Assembly: GCF_025526975.1 (NCBI RefSeq)
Contig: NW_026515683.1
Location: 310,001 to 374,000, forward strand
Reading direction: 5' to 3'
DNA: 64,000 bases
Source: Fimicolochytrium jonesii
Lineage: Eukaryota
Shown: positions 38,506 through 50,756 of the stretch, in pieces
Numbering within the stretch: position 1 is the stretch's first letter
Layout of the letters: each line of letters opens with the position of its first letter
Position numbers and translations under genes: made by a program
Notes under the pieces: model-generated
Seen by the model: the letters and a program-made list of their open reading frames with translations, nothing else
The model's database searches: none
What the model was told of the DNA's origin: nothing

Positions 38506-40210
38506 ATGGCGACGATAACAGTGCCCGCGAGGACTCATCGTTCAACCACCTCCAGCTCACAATGGTCACACTTCGTGAAAGACAAGAAAGTAGGAGAAGG
38601 AACCTATGCAGTGGTCTATCTTGGCTGGGCCATTCCAGCGGAACCAGCAGCAGTCGAGAAAGATTTGGAAGGCGATGATACAGGTGAAAGAGACCACTTG
38701 TTGCGGGACAAGAAAGTGGGCGTGCAAGGTGGGCAGCATGATCTCCACCATGACCGTGCGCCGGGCACATGAACCCATGGACTGACGCGCTGAAATACAC
38801 CAGCGGAAGGCAAACGGAGGATAGCCATTAAAAAGATAAAGGCCGGTCTTTTCAAAGATGGACTGGACATGTCCGCCATCCGGGAAGTCAAAGCATTGCA
38901 GGAGCTGAAACATCCAAACGTTATCGAGGTGCGTTTTGGCCAGGGCAAAGGCTCCTTGATGTTGCATATCACGCACTCACTATCCCTCCTCCCCCCAGCT
39001 GATAGACGTGTATTCTCACAAGATGAATCTCAATCTTGTTCTCGAGTACCTGGACGCCGACTTGGAAATGATCATCAAGAACAAGGCGGTGACCCTCAGC
39101 GCCGGCGATATCAAAAGCTGGATGTTGATGACTCTCCGAGGTCTATATCATTGTCACAACAACTTCATTCTCCATCGGGTAAGTGCATTGGCAATGGAAA
39201 CGTCAACTTTCGCCAGCGTTCATATGCTCATCAGTGTCTCGTGTCTCCAGGATTTGAAGCCAAACAATTTACTGCTGGCCAGTGACGGGCAGCTCAAACT
39301 AGCCGATTTCGGTATGGCCCGTGATTATGGAAATCCGCACCGGGCAATGACTTCGATGGTGGTGACAAGGTGAGCATGGTACTGCCGACGTGGATGCAGA
39401 TGCTTGGACGGAAGGCTTATGTTTTCCATCCTTGACAGGTGGTACAGGTCCCCGGAGCTTCTCCTTGGAGCTAAGCATTATGGTTACGCCATCGACATGT
39501 GGGCTGTGGGCTGTATTTTTGCAGAGCTCATGTTGCGGGTGCCCTTCATGGCGGCCGAATCCGACATTGCGCAGCTCCAGGTCATTTTCCACGCCCTAGG
39601 GACGCCGACTGAGTCAGAGTGGCCGGTAAGGGTGTGCTGCAAGTGATCTTAGGCCGGAAATGGAGTCATTTGATTAATCAATATGGCAATGAGCAGGGCA
39701 TGACTCAGCTTCCGGACTATCACGAATTCAAAGCGATGCCGAAGAATCCCTTACGGGCGACGTTCACTGCCGCATCACCTGATGCTCTAACGTTTCTGGA
39801 GAACCTGTTGGTGTACGATCCGCTCAAAAGACCCACCACGGAGCAGGTATGTCCGTGGCCTCTTTTTGTCGTGCGCCTTGTTTTCGTTCTACAGTTCTAG
39901 ATTTGCTGAGCTTCTGATTCAATCAGGCGTTGAAGCACTTCTACTTTCGCAACCATCCTCGGCCAACGCCACCAAACAAACTACCCCGAGACGTTGGTGG
40001 GGCTGGCGCCCAACAAAAAGCTGTTGCGCCGGACGACCCTGAAGCCGCTGCAAGACCAGGCATCAAGCGAAAAGCACCCGACTTTCCCGGTGAGATTGTT
40101 GCAGGGCTTGTTTTCACTGTTGTCCTTGATACTCAACAGTTACCATTTCAGATCACGATTTCGAAATGGGGGGCGTGCCTGGAGCCAAAGTGGCGCGGAA
40201 GCTCTTCTAG
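38506..40210 (+). CDS. KIN28: TFIIH kinase CDK7/Kin28
   Basis: [86 protein letters not shown]. Confidence 0.93.
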
Positions 40211-40720
40211 GCTTTTCTTTTCGCCTTTTTATTGTGACATTTTTGGATGAGTTCATATCGCCTATGATAGAGTGGGCCCCGTAGCTAGGCATCTGCTTAG
40301 ATACCCCCGATGGTTTGGTTGTTTGCGTTTGATGTAGGTTACAGCGATGAAGCAGAGGCGATGTTTATATGGATGAATCTCGGTTGATGACGGCAAAGCG
40401 GACGCGCTGTCGAAATCGGCTTCGGGTAGTTCCGCCAACTTAACTTGCGCCAAGATGTAAAGCAAACAAGTGTCAATAGCAGAATCCTTCTAAATTTAGG
40501 GTCGTATTCGAAGGACGCTAGCCTGGTGGCAAAGAGCTTGTGACATATGCTCACAAAGTGCATATAAAGAGTGTTTCACGCTCAACCAATCTTTTCCACC
40601 AAGTCTCATCAGTATACCCTCACCAAACCATTAGACGCAAGTGTGATAGCACGCAGGCTGCATTGGGATATCCACCCCCGCCACCAATCATTGCGTCCAG
40701 TGCTCAGATATTCGCCTATC

Positions 40721-43700
40721 ATGCGAATACTACCCACGAGCATTGCGGCAATCGCCCTTTGGGTCGTTCTTGCAATATCGAGTCCAGCTAGCAGCAACGC
40801 AATGCTGGATCCACGTAAGTAGAGCGGGGCATTTCCTGGCAAGAGATTAAGGAAAGGCACAATGAGATAGAGGCCTAAATTCTTTCATGCACGCTCCAGA
40901 CAAGGTGGCTGCAGAGCTCTATGGTGACCAGCCTCATGTCGCCAACGCGGATGCGGCTGAACATCGCATTCGGCGTCGAGCATTTGAGGGAATCAACACC
41001 CTAGAACCGTATGCCAACAGCAGTGATTACTACAGCGAGTTATCCAGGCCCGGATATGGTCTCTTCATTTGGACGAACCTTGCGCGATTGACACGGATAA
41101 ACTTGCGCAATGGGAAAAAGCTCCCGTTACCCAATATCACCCTGGAGGATTCAACTGATCCGTACGCTCCCGCTGGGGGCCAGGCGATTGTCATGCATTG
41201 GGATCAAGCAGCGACGAAATCCTACTTTATAGTCAGTAGGAAAATGTTCCGCAAGCAGATGTTTTGTTGCTACAACTCACAGCCGGATCTTCTTTCTAGC
41301 CCTTGGCGATTTTCTTGGCCGCGATCCTCATCACCTTCCTGTCGACGTGCTGCAGCTGCTGTTGTATTTGCTGCTGTCGGCGGAAGCGCTTGGGACGCAG
41401 TCAAAAAGACCCTTACAGCGGTGGACAAAAGTTCATTGCGGCTTTTGGTCTAGCCTTAGTCACCTTGGCATGGATGTATGTTCAGATCAATGCTCTTTGC
41501 CGCATCCTGGTTGCCGGATGCCATTCGTGGAGGAACTTAAACCTTTCTTCACATAGGGCGGCCATAGCAGGTGGAATCTCCGGCGCCCATTTCTTCGGTC
41601 GTTCCGTTTATATTCTTTCGGAGACGGTCGACAACAGCTTCGTTGACGTTCAGCTCACGATTGGGAACATAAGTGGGGCCGTGAATACCACCCTGGATAC
41701 CATTCAGGTTGACACCATCACGCAGTTAAAAAGCGCACTGGACAAATGGATCAGCAAAGACAAATTACCCCCCATTCAGACTAAAGTCGATACAATGGTG
41801 GGCGCATGTCAGACGATGGGACAGAAAGTCGACGAGCTGGTCACGCTTTCGGGAATTCTCACCAATGCCAAAGTCGCCGTAGCAGCGCCCAGCACTGGGT
41901 CCGTGGCAAAGATTCAGAGTGGCCTGACTACCAACAACGCTGCGGCGCACATGCTGACCACCTATCAACCAATCACGTTGGCGAATGGCAATTCCTACAT
42001 TTACAAATGGAGAGGGCCCCTGCCTCCTCTGCTGCCAGATCCGGCGAGCGTCGAAACTCCTCGTCAACATGTTGACGGCTTGTCAGACCTCCATGCTACA
42101 TTGCAAAATGAAGTCAGCTCGGGGCTGGATCTCACGGCTATCGCTGCTGCCACTCAGGCGGCAGCGGGTGATCTGAACGGCACAGTGACGGCTCGCGAGA
42201 GCGATGGAATTGACAGTAAGTGACTACTAGCTTCCCAACGTGCCTTGGAGATCGTAGTACTCACAACTTTTAGCTGTGACAAGGGACCTCACAACACAGG
42301 TGAATGGCGAACGAGGCAATCTCACAACGACCATCCTGGACCTCAATACGACCATCGGCGATACTCACAGCGACATGCAAAGTTACACCTCATATTCTAC
42401 CAAATATGAGCTCTACAGGTTTGCTGAGCGCTTTAGCAAGTTTTCACATGCAAATCTCGTCTGACTGTCTACCTCCTCTTCCATCAGAATGCTTTTCAGC
42501 GCCGTTCTATTCTCCTTGCCTGGAGTCATCCTCCTCTTTGTCCTCAGTGGTGTTGGCGCAAAGAAACCGGGCATGGTGCGCTGCTGCCTCTGCGGTTCTA
42601 TTCCGTACACGCTTCTGGCGTTGATCGCGACGCTTTTTCTGTTCATCTTCACTGTTATACTGGGGGAGAGTGAGTACCATGTGGACGACTTCAAGTTCCC
42701 CTGAATTCTTCTGACCGATTCTATCATTGCTCGCACAGCATGCACCCTCATGTTCGATCGTAGTGACAACGGAACGGCTCCCATCGTCTCGATTCTTGCA
42801 ACTGTCGATGCCGATGCGGGCAACTACTATGCGAAGGCAATGGTGGCCCGCGACAGCTGTTTTGCTCAGAAACCGTTCTTGGATATCATTGCTGCTGCTG
42901 TTCCGCAATTCGACATTGCGGATCTCACCACCACGTTCGAACAGGTGGTTGATGAACAAGATTTCAGTGCGGCTACGAAAGCCATCAGTTACAAGTAAGT
43001 CGCGTATCTGCGAATGATGTCTACTTGGTGGGGGTCTGATGTTTTGCTTCAGAGAAATGATTGGATCCATCAAGGATCCTCGTCTGGCCCAAGCTTTCGC
43101 CACGGGCCTTAGCACTCAAGTCAGCTCATATGATAATCCAAGCAATTACATTCTGGCACTCAAGACGTCCATGACCAACCTGAAAACCAACCTAGATAAT
43201 GTCGTCTCCAGTCTGCCGAGCACATTGAACGACCCGGACCTCGACTCTGATGCGACGGACGTGAACGACAGAGCGCTAATTCTTCCGTACCTGCAGGCTG
43301 ATATGCAGAGCGTGCGAAGCAAATACGTTGCAATCCAAGGCGATGTTAATTTGGCCATCGATCTCATCAGCACCATGCAGAGCTTGAAGAGCACCAGCAT
43401 GCCTACCAAGTCGGCCGAGATCCAGACCGCTTCCAACGCGGTCCCAAATGCTTTCAATAGTATGAACACCACCCTGACTCAATTCTTCGACGACGTGCGC
43501 ACCAACGTCACGAACGGAATCCCTCCGTTGAAAGCGGCAATCAAGGCACTGCTGCCTGATGCCCTTGATGTCAATATGAATCCAATCCGCTGCGACAAAA
43601 TCGCTAAAGACACCGTCGACCTCGAGATGGGCGTCTGCGATGGCGTGTTGACTGGTTTCGACGCCTTTTGGTTCACGTTCTTTATCTTCGGATCGGCCGG

Positions 43701-44649
43701 GGCGCTTACCATTCCCGTGTTCATCAGTGCCGCCAATAGATTGGCAGACCGAGAGGCAGGCAAACCGAAGGGCGCCCCGAGCAAAAAGGTGTTCAAGACC
43801 GGGAAATCTAAAGAAGCAGAAGATCGCGCCAAAGTTAAGACAAAAGGCAAAGGGAAGGTCGTTGATGACATGGAAATCGGGCAAATCAAATGGACCGTCG
43901 CAACACCGGCGAGCGACGGCGCCGGAAACATCGAGAAGACCGCCCTTATTTCGCCCACGTCGGCCACGGGAGGAGTTATGCCCAATCCTCAGGCAATGTA
44001 TCCGGACGCCGATGCGCACCAGTATGGGGGCCAGGATGCAGGATTCCAGTATCAGAATCCGCACCCACCAGTTGAGCTAAATCAACCCCCGCAATACGAC
44101 GGCAGACCACAGCACACACGGGCTTCGTCCATCTCGAAGCACAGTCAGCCGCAAGGAAGTTACCAGCCCTACCAGGGTGAGAGCGTCCACATGCCTCAAC
44201 CACAGTCGCAGAGGCATTCGCACATTCCGCAATCCCCCAACGTATTCATGGACGACGGTCCCGAGATGCGACCTTCCTGGTTAGGCCCCGCTGGTGGCGG
44301 CGCAGCGCAAGGTGGACCTAGCGACGGTAACTGGTCAAACGCGCAATACATGCCAAAGCCCCGCCACCCTAACGCTCCCCTGACACCAACAGATAGTTAC
44401 GCTGAAGATGCAGGGGGATACCAGGCCGCCGCACACTATGCTCCTTCCAACAATGGGCCCGACTACAGCCGAAGACTTTCCGCCGCGCCTCACCCGCAAG
44501 AGTATGAACAAGTCGTCGACGAGTTCTCACGTAGAGTGAGCTCGCAAGTGCCGCCTAACCGGAACCGGCAGTCGTCGCAACAGCCTGGACAATATCAGCC
44601 CCAGTTTAATGAGTATAATCCCCATCACCAAGACCAGTGGGATCAGTGA
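40721..44649 (+). CDS. Prominin (CD133)-like pentaspan membrane glycoprotein, roughly 1100 aa
   Basis: Signal peptide; TM1 followed by CCSCCCICCC; TM2; large N-glycosylated loop; TM3-TM4 hairpin then Cys; second large loop ending IRCDKIAKD..GVCDGVLTGFDAFWF; TM5; long cytosolic tail. Confidence 0.72.
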
Positions 44650-45320
44650 GGAGAACGAGCGATTTTTACGATCAGGATTGGATTACTCTAGGTGTACGGA
44701 CGAACGATCCTTTTTTTTGAAACTGATAGTATTTTTCTCGGTTGTTTTCCCGTGCGATCACTTCATGTCCTTCAGTCGGATACGCATAGGTTGATAGGTC
44801 AAGTCTTCAATAATGACAGGGTCTAAAAAATCAGATGGCGATGATGGCAAGGAAATGTTGTCTCGGCATTTGACGGCCAAAGACCGTAAAAACGTTGTTT
44901 TTTTCGTAAAGATATATGGACTGAATGTGCAACTCAAAGTTATGCAAACTGCCAGTTCGCGCAATACGTTGAACAAAATGAAGGTTAGCAGTCTAAGCGA
45001 GGCCAACGGGTATACAGTACGAGGGTATACTACGAAGATGCATGGGTACCAAACAACTGGGGATGCGCAATCAAGCATTGAGTGAAGGATACGTTGTTGG
45101 TCTCTAATGAGTAAAACGAAGATATCAGGGAAGGTGCTAAAAGTTTCTCAACCCCGAGAGCTAATGTTTGCACAGCTAGCGGCTCTGGTAGGGTAGAGTG
45201 CGTGAGCTCATTCATAATGTTTCTTCATGTAACCGCGACGTGGATGCTGTAGAGGCCCATCTGCTTGTTTCTTGGTGCCATGACCGGCCCAGACGTAGGC
45301 AAGCGATGGTGGCCATCGTG

Positions 45321-46224
45321 CTACAGGTAGCACATGTCCATCGGCTGAGGCCCGTCTCGCTGTGAAGGTTGGTCCCGACCAGCTGCGAAGTAGTCCTCGG
45401 CGTGGAAGCCGATGGGGGTCGGAGAAATAGGGATTGGCGCGGCCCCATCCCAGAAGCAGTTCTGTTCGAATTGCGGAGACCGGGGACCGTAGCTGTTGCA
45501 GCGAGGTCTTGATGCGGCCGGTGGAGGAGAGGGAAAGTAACTTGGTGGCCCCGTCATTTCGAGGCGTTCGCGCTGTCGGCAAAGATCTGCCGTTTGTTGT
45601 AGCATTTCAGCGCGCATGACGATCACGTCGATGATATCGGTGCGACTGAGAGGCGCGACTTCGATTGTTGACCGATCTGGAAGGAAGGGGAAGGTCAAGA
45701 GAATGGTGTGAGATACCATTGTTCTTGATGAAAATATTGTGCCCTCGTGCTGCCGTTTTGAAAATAAAGCTGTAACTCCTACCATAATCCTCGGCGCTGT
45801 GCGTGTGCCGTACTTCGACAGTGTCCCTAAAGCTGACACGTTTCTTCTTGAGGCAACGAGGTGCCTCAGCAGGAGGCGTGGGAGGGAACCCGAATCTGCC
45901 ATCGAAGCAAGTAAAGTCGGATGTCGGGGGTTTCATTGGACTCACTTGCTCTGCTAGTACTGAGTAAACGCCGGGGCTCAGCATGGGGCATGGCGAGAGC
46001 GGACATGGACGCGGGAGATCGATAGCAAAGCGTCGTCCGTGCTTTGCTCGGTGATTCATCTTGCTATTGAACTCGTTCGTGGGTGCCGACATGAGCAGTT
46101 CCCTTGGGCTTGAAGGAAGAGGGCTTAAGAGGGAGCCTCGTGGAAGGGATTCAATACGCCAGGTAATCCCGATGTCACAATCGAAGAAGGGAGACCGGAA
46201 TGAATTGGACAGGTGGATTGCCAA
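45321..46224 (-). CDS. Small disordered protein with a PP1-docking RVxF-PhiPhi-R motif (neurabin/Phactr/Bni4-like); start codon uncertain
   Basis: Removing intron 45782-45677 gives KKKRVSFRDTVEVRHTHSAEDYDRSTIEVAPLSRTDIIDVIVMRAEM. Confidence 0.68.
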
Positions 46225-48034
46225 TGTTAGCCGTGCGACTTTCAGACGATGCCCTTTATATACTCAAGGCACGGCTTTTTCTTTCCTACCGATTTCGGGG
46301 GCAGCTTTTCTTTTGTTACTCCGACGGAGAGCAGCATCCGCGCTATTCGCATTCCCCCAACCACCCACATAGGCCTGGCTCCGATGCCATCCGTCAGCAG
46401 TCATCGAAGAGTAGGGAGTCTATTGGAGCTGAATTAATGCCATCTCTTTCCTCAAGAATTGAGGCGCGAGCCAGACGGGGGGCAAAGCTACCAATAATGC
46501 GATGTGACGCTTGGTGACTGCTTGACTGTTAGATGGTGTCGGTATCACCGGGAGGTCCGAGCCTAAGCTTTGATGGAACCCATAATCCTCCGTACGTCCA
46601 AATCCAGATCCATACCTAACATTTGCGTGTGTTGGATTGACGCCACACGGGGGGAGGGCCCATGGAGAGAGAGGAGGGCTCGTCTGCCAGGCTTATCTAT
46701 ATGCCTCGTCTCCGGCTCTCCACAACTTGAGTCTGAATTTGCGGGGCGATAAAATCGCCCCCAGAATGACAGTGACTTTTGACAGTGCAAATCTCCCCCG
46801 TCCCGAGTTCCAGTTCCCGCAATGATGCCTCGGACGCGTTCTCGGAACCACGGGACTGGACTGAGGACTCACCTACAGAGAATACATATAGATCACGTAG
46901 AGAATACGGATGATTGAATGAAGATGCAGTCGAACGTCCCCCCATCAATCTCAATCACTCGGCTGGTTGATGCCGTCGCTGATCTCATAGGTCAGTTCGT
47001 AACTTCCAAATGCCCCAAAGGTCTTCTCGCACATTGGAGCTGGGGGCAATCCCGAAAATTAATTATATTCGTTCTTCATTACCGTACATCTGTGAATCAT
47101 GGCCTGAAGCGCGTTCCGTCTGGGACTCTGGGACTCTGGGTAAAATGAAGCCGATCATCGTGAACTTGTTACTCTACCCCTTATGGCGGCCTTGTTACTC
47201 GGATAAGTTCCCCTCGCACGAGAAGGCGTCAAGGCCCATCCATGCAAACCTCGCACACCTCCGTTATATTGCTCACGCCCGACATGAGGCTTTTCACTGG
47301 CGGAGTTGAAAAAAGACTCTGAAAAACTCCCTGAACGCCAGAAAAGACCACTTTCGCTCGTCGTTGAAGCTGGCCTTCATAAAAGAGGTAAGGTTCCTCA
47401 CGCCGGTTTAGAGTTTTTTTTGAGACGGCCGCTCCACGCTTGCCTACACCGTGCGCCTTCAAGGCGAACCAGTGGTCTGGAAGTGCCACTGTTTAACCTC
47501 AAAATACGCGTACGCTAAACACCTCCATGCTTGCGTGTGTTCTAGAACTCCGGGGGCTCACCGCGAGTAACCATAAGCGACGCTTCTAGATTTCATAAGC
47601 AACCACTGCTAACATCTAGTCAGATTGACTGTGTGGCAACTTGTCGCTACACGAGGTCTTCCGAACGTTCGGGCCGACCGCAAACAGGTATATGCTAATG
47701 TTTCTCGACGATTTCTTCTCCATCCAAACACGCCTGTTCGCTTCTACTTCATCCATCTGTCCATCTGTTCACTCCGTTGACGCTTCTCGTCCCTCGCGAC
47801 CCGGATATTTGCTACAGTTCACGCCGGCCTCTGATATAAATCCCTCACCATACGGGGATATCAGCGAAGTATCTCACTTGGTGGACTCTCTTCTTTCAGA
47901 TCGCCGCGTCCAACATCGGCTGTTCACGCCACATTCGCTGGGAGCTCTGTATATCCGGATCGTCCATCGGCTGAGTCGCGCTTTCCGGTCCAGCAGTCTA
48001 TGCGCCATAATCCATTCGACTCGCTGAATCAATC

Positions 48035-50220
48035 ATGGGTGTCGCGTGCTGCAAAGAGGAAGCGATCGACTTCACTCAAGAAGGTAGGGCTTCTAGTTCC
48101 CTAAGTTTCTGCGTAATCGTAATCAGCTAGTGGATGGCCGGTGTGAGCATCCAACCTAATGCTATGTCCTACTTATTTCCCAAATTTTTGAACAGTCGAG
48201 CTCGGTCATTTCCACCTCCTTCGCTCTGTCGGCAAGGGAGCGTTCGGAAAGGTAAGCATCTGAACATCTCAAGTGGACTTCATAATGATGCGCGCTCACC
48301 TCAGTGTATCTCGTCTACTCTTAGGTCCGGATCGTGCAACACCGCGGAAGTCAGGGCATCTTTGCTCTCAAATACATCAATAAAGAAAAATGCATCAAGA
48401 TGAGAGCGGTAGAAAATATCATCCAAGAACGTCGTCTATTAGAGGAGATTGACTGTTCTTTTGTATGGTAAGCATTGGAGACTATGTTGATTCGACAGGT
48501 CGCGCGTAGCTTTGGACAGCGGTCACATCACGAGGGGCCCGCCTTTTGCGCCCTTTTCTTCGGCTAATATCATAATCTCCTACTAGTAATTTGCGATATG
48601 CTTTCCAAGATGACGAGAACCTGTTCATGGTGATAGACCTGATGTTGGGAGGAGATCTACGTTTCCATTTGGACCGCATGGGGATCATGAAGGAGAGCAT
48701 GGTGAAGTTCTACGCGGCAGAAGTCGCGTGCGGACTGGCATACTTGCACAGCAAAAACATCGTGCATAGAGATTTGAAGCCGGATAATGGTAAGCTTTCG
48801 GACGGATTGTCAACTGTTGTCGGATGGGTATGTCGTTTTATAGGGTTCATCTGACGCGTTCTCTTTTCTCGCACTCTATTACTGCAGTACTACTCGACGA
48901 AAAGGGTCATGCTCACTTGACGGATTTCAACATCGCTGTGCGGTTTCGCGAGGAGAAGATGCTTTCAGCTGTTGCCGGCAGTATGGCTTATATGGGTACG
49001 TCTTGGCAATGATTTCCTGACAGGTCGAAATCTACCAAACTAAATGTTTTCGTCCCCCGATTTGCAGCACCCGAGATCCTGGTAAAGAAAGGATACCTGG
49101 CAACCGTGGATTGGTGGAGTCTAGGAGTACTTCTCTATGAGATGGCCTTCGGAAGGGTGAGTTTTTGTGATCTACAGCTCATTTGGCAACATCTTCATCA
49201 TTTCAATTCTTTTTCCAAAATTTATTTTTGTCAACAGCGACCATTCCGGGCAAAGACAAATGAAGCTCTGACACAAGCGATCATATCCGATGAACTGGAA
49301 TTTGCCAGCAACGCCGCAGACTTCGTGAGCCCTGCAGGGTTGGACGCTATAAAGCAGGTGCGGTCAGAAATAGCCTTCTTCTACTGGTTGACGCGAACGA
49401 AGGAAACGACGGAGCAACCGCTAACATCGCTTTTGCAGATGATTCAACGGGACATCACAAAGCGCCTTGGGTGCAAGGGGACCGGTGGATTTGAAGGCTT
49501 CAAGGCTCACCCGTGGTTCAAGGACTACGATTGGGCAGTGATTGAGAAGAAGGAAGGCACACCTCCGTTCGTTCCAGACGTAAGTCGATTGATATCCTTC
49601 TGGGGTATCGTTCGTGCTAGCGGCAGCTCTAAAACAAACTCTCTACTCGGGAGATAGTCGAAGCGGGCCAACTTTGACGCAACACATGAGCTGGAGGAGC
49701 TACTGCTCGAAGATAATCCTCTGAAAGTGAAGCCGCGGAAGAAGCGAAAGGAAGGGGAGGAGCGTGAATGTAAGCCAGACGATTGTCGCACATTTCTACC
49801 CAATCCAGAATATTCGATCAACAATTCTCCCAAACGAATGCAGACGTTCCAAAAGAAGGCGAAGACCCGACCGTCACGCGCGACATGCGGATAATGGAAG
49901 AGAAGTTCACCGTGTACGATTTCACCAAAGCACGCCCCAACGCAGCCAAGAACGCGGGCCAGCAAATCACCATGAAGGCCATCTCCAACATTCCCGGGTC
50001 AATACCGGGCGCACCGACCGCCGAGCCATCCATGATGAAGGACGTTATGGAAGGCAGGGAGCATGAGGTCTGCATGACGGGGCTGGATGGAGAGAACAGC
50101 AGCAAGGCTGGCGCTGCAACTCTCGCCGCCGGGGAGCCTGGTGCATCGGCGGGTGCGCATCCGGAAATGCAAAGTCAGAGTCAGAGTCGGACGGCGGGTA
50201 TTGGGATGTCGCGTCCATAG
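48035..50220 (+). CDS. AGC kinase of the YANK/STK32 family
   Basis: MGVACCKEEAIDF..HFHLLRSVGKGAFGKVRIVQH..FALKYINK..NLRYAFQDDENLFMVIDLMLGGDLRFHL, HLTDFNIA, NFDATHELEELLLEDNPL. Confidence 0.92.
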
Positions 50221-50756
50221 ACTTGGCGGGAAAACTTGGCGAACGGGTCGCCGCGCGGGACGGTGTGAGAATAGAGGGGTTATTGATTGCACGCCGTCCC
50301 GCGACACTTTGACGGGGAGACGACTGCTTGCTTTGCAATGCGACTCGAACGGACATGCTGACACGAAACAAAAATAATCGACATTATCGGTAGGCTGGCA
50401 CGCCGATGCAAAAAAAAACATCACTACCATTTCAACCCCTTCAGAACATCAAATCGGGGAACCCACGATTCATCCTCAACCCCGAGATACCATCCCCTAG
50501 GACCTATCCTTATTTCCTGATCCTCATCATTCCCTGGACGAGGACGGAACCTACAGATATCCCCATCCCCTCCATGCACGTCCATTTGATACTCAAGTGT
50601 AGCTTCTTTTTGTCACATTTTATAATGATTCGAACCACGTTCTTTTTTTGCATCTCATAATATTTTCAGAAGTGCATTGATGATCTCTCGGATTCAATCG
50701 CCAAGAATGGTGATTTACGCAGGGTTATGACAGATGAATGGGAAGCTGAATTACGC

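Noticed and set aside
40523..40532. GGTGGCAAA (Rpn4 PACE-like) site
   Set aside because: Single copy, not upstream of UBP6 or PRE4; likely chance
43276..44064. 262-aa minus-strand ORF
   Set aside because: Antisense to the last exon of the prominin-like gene
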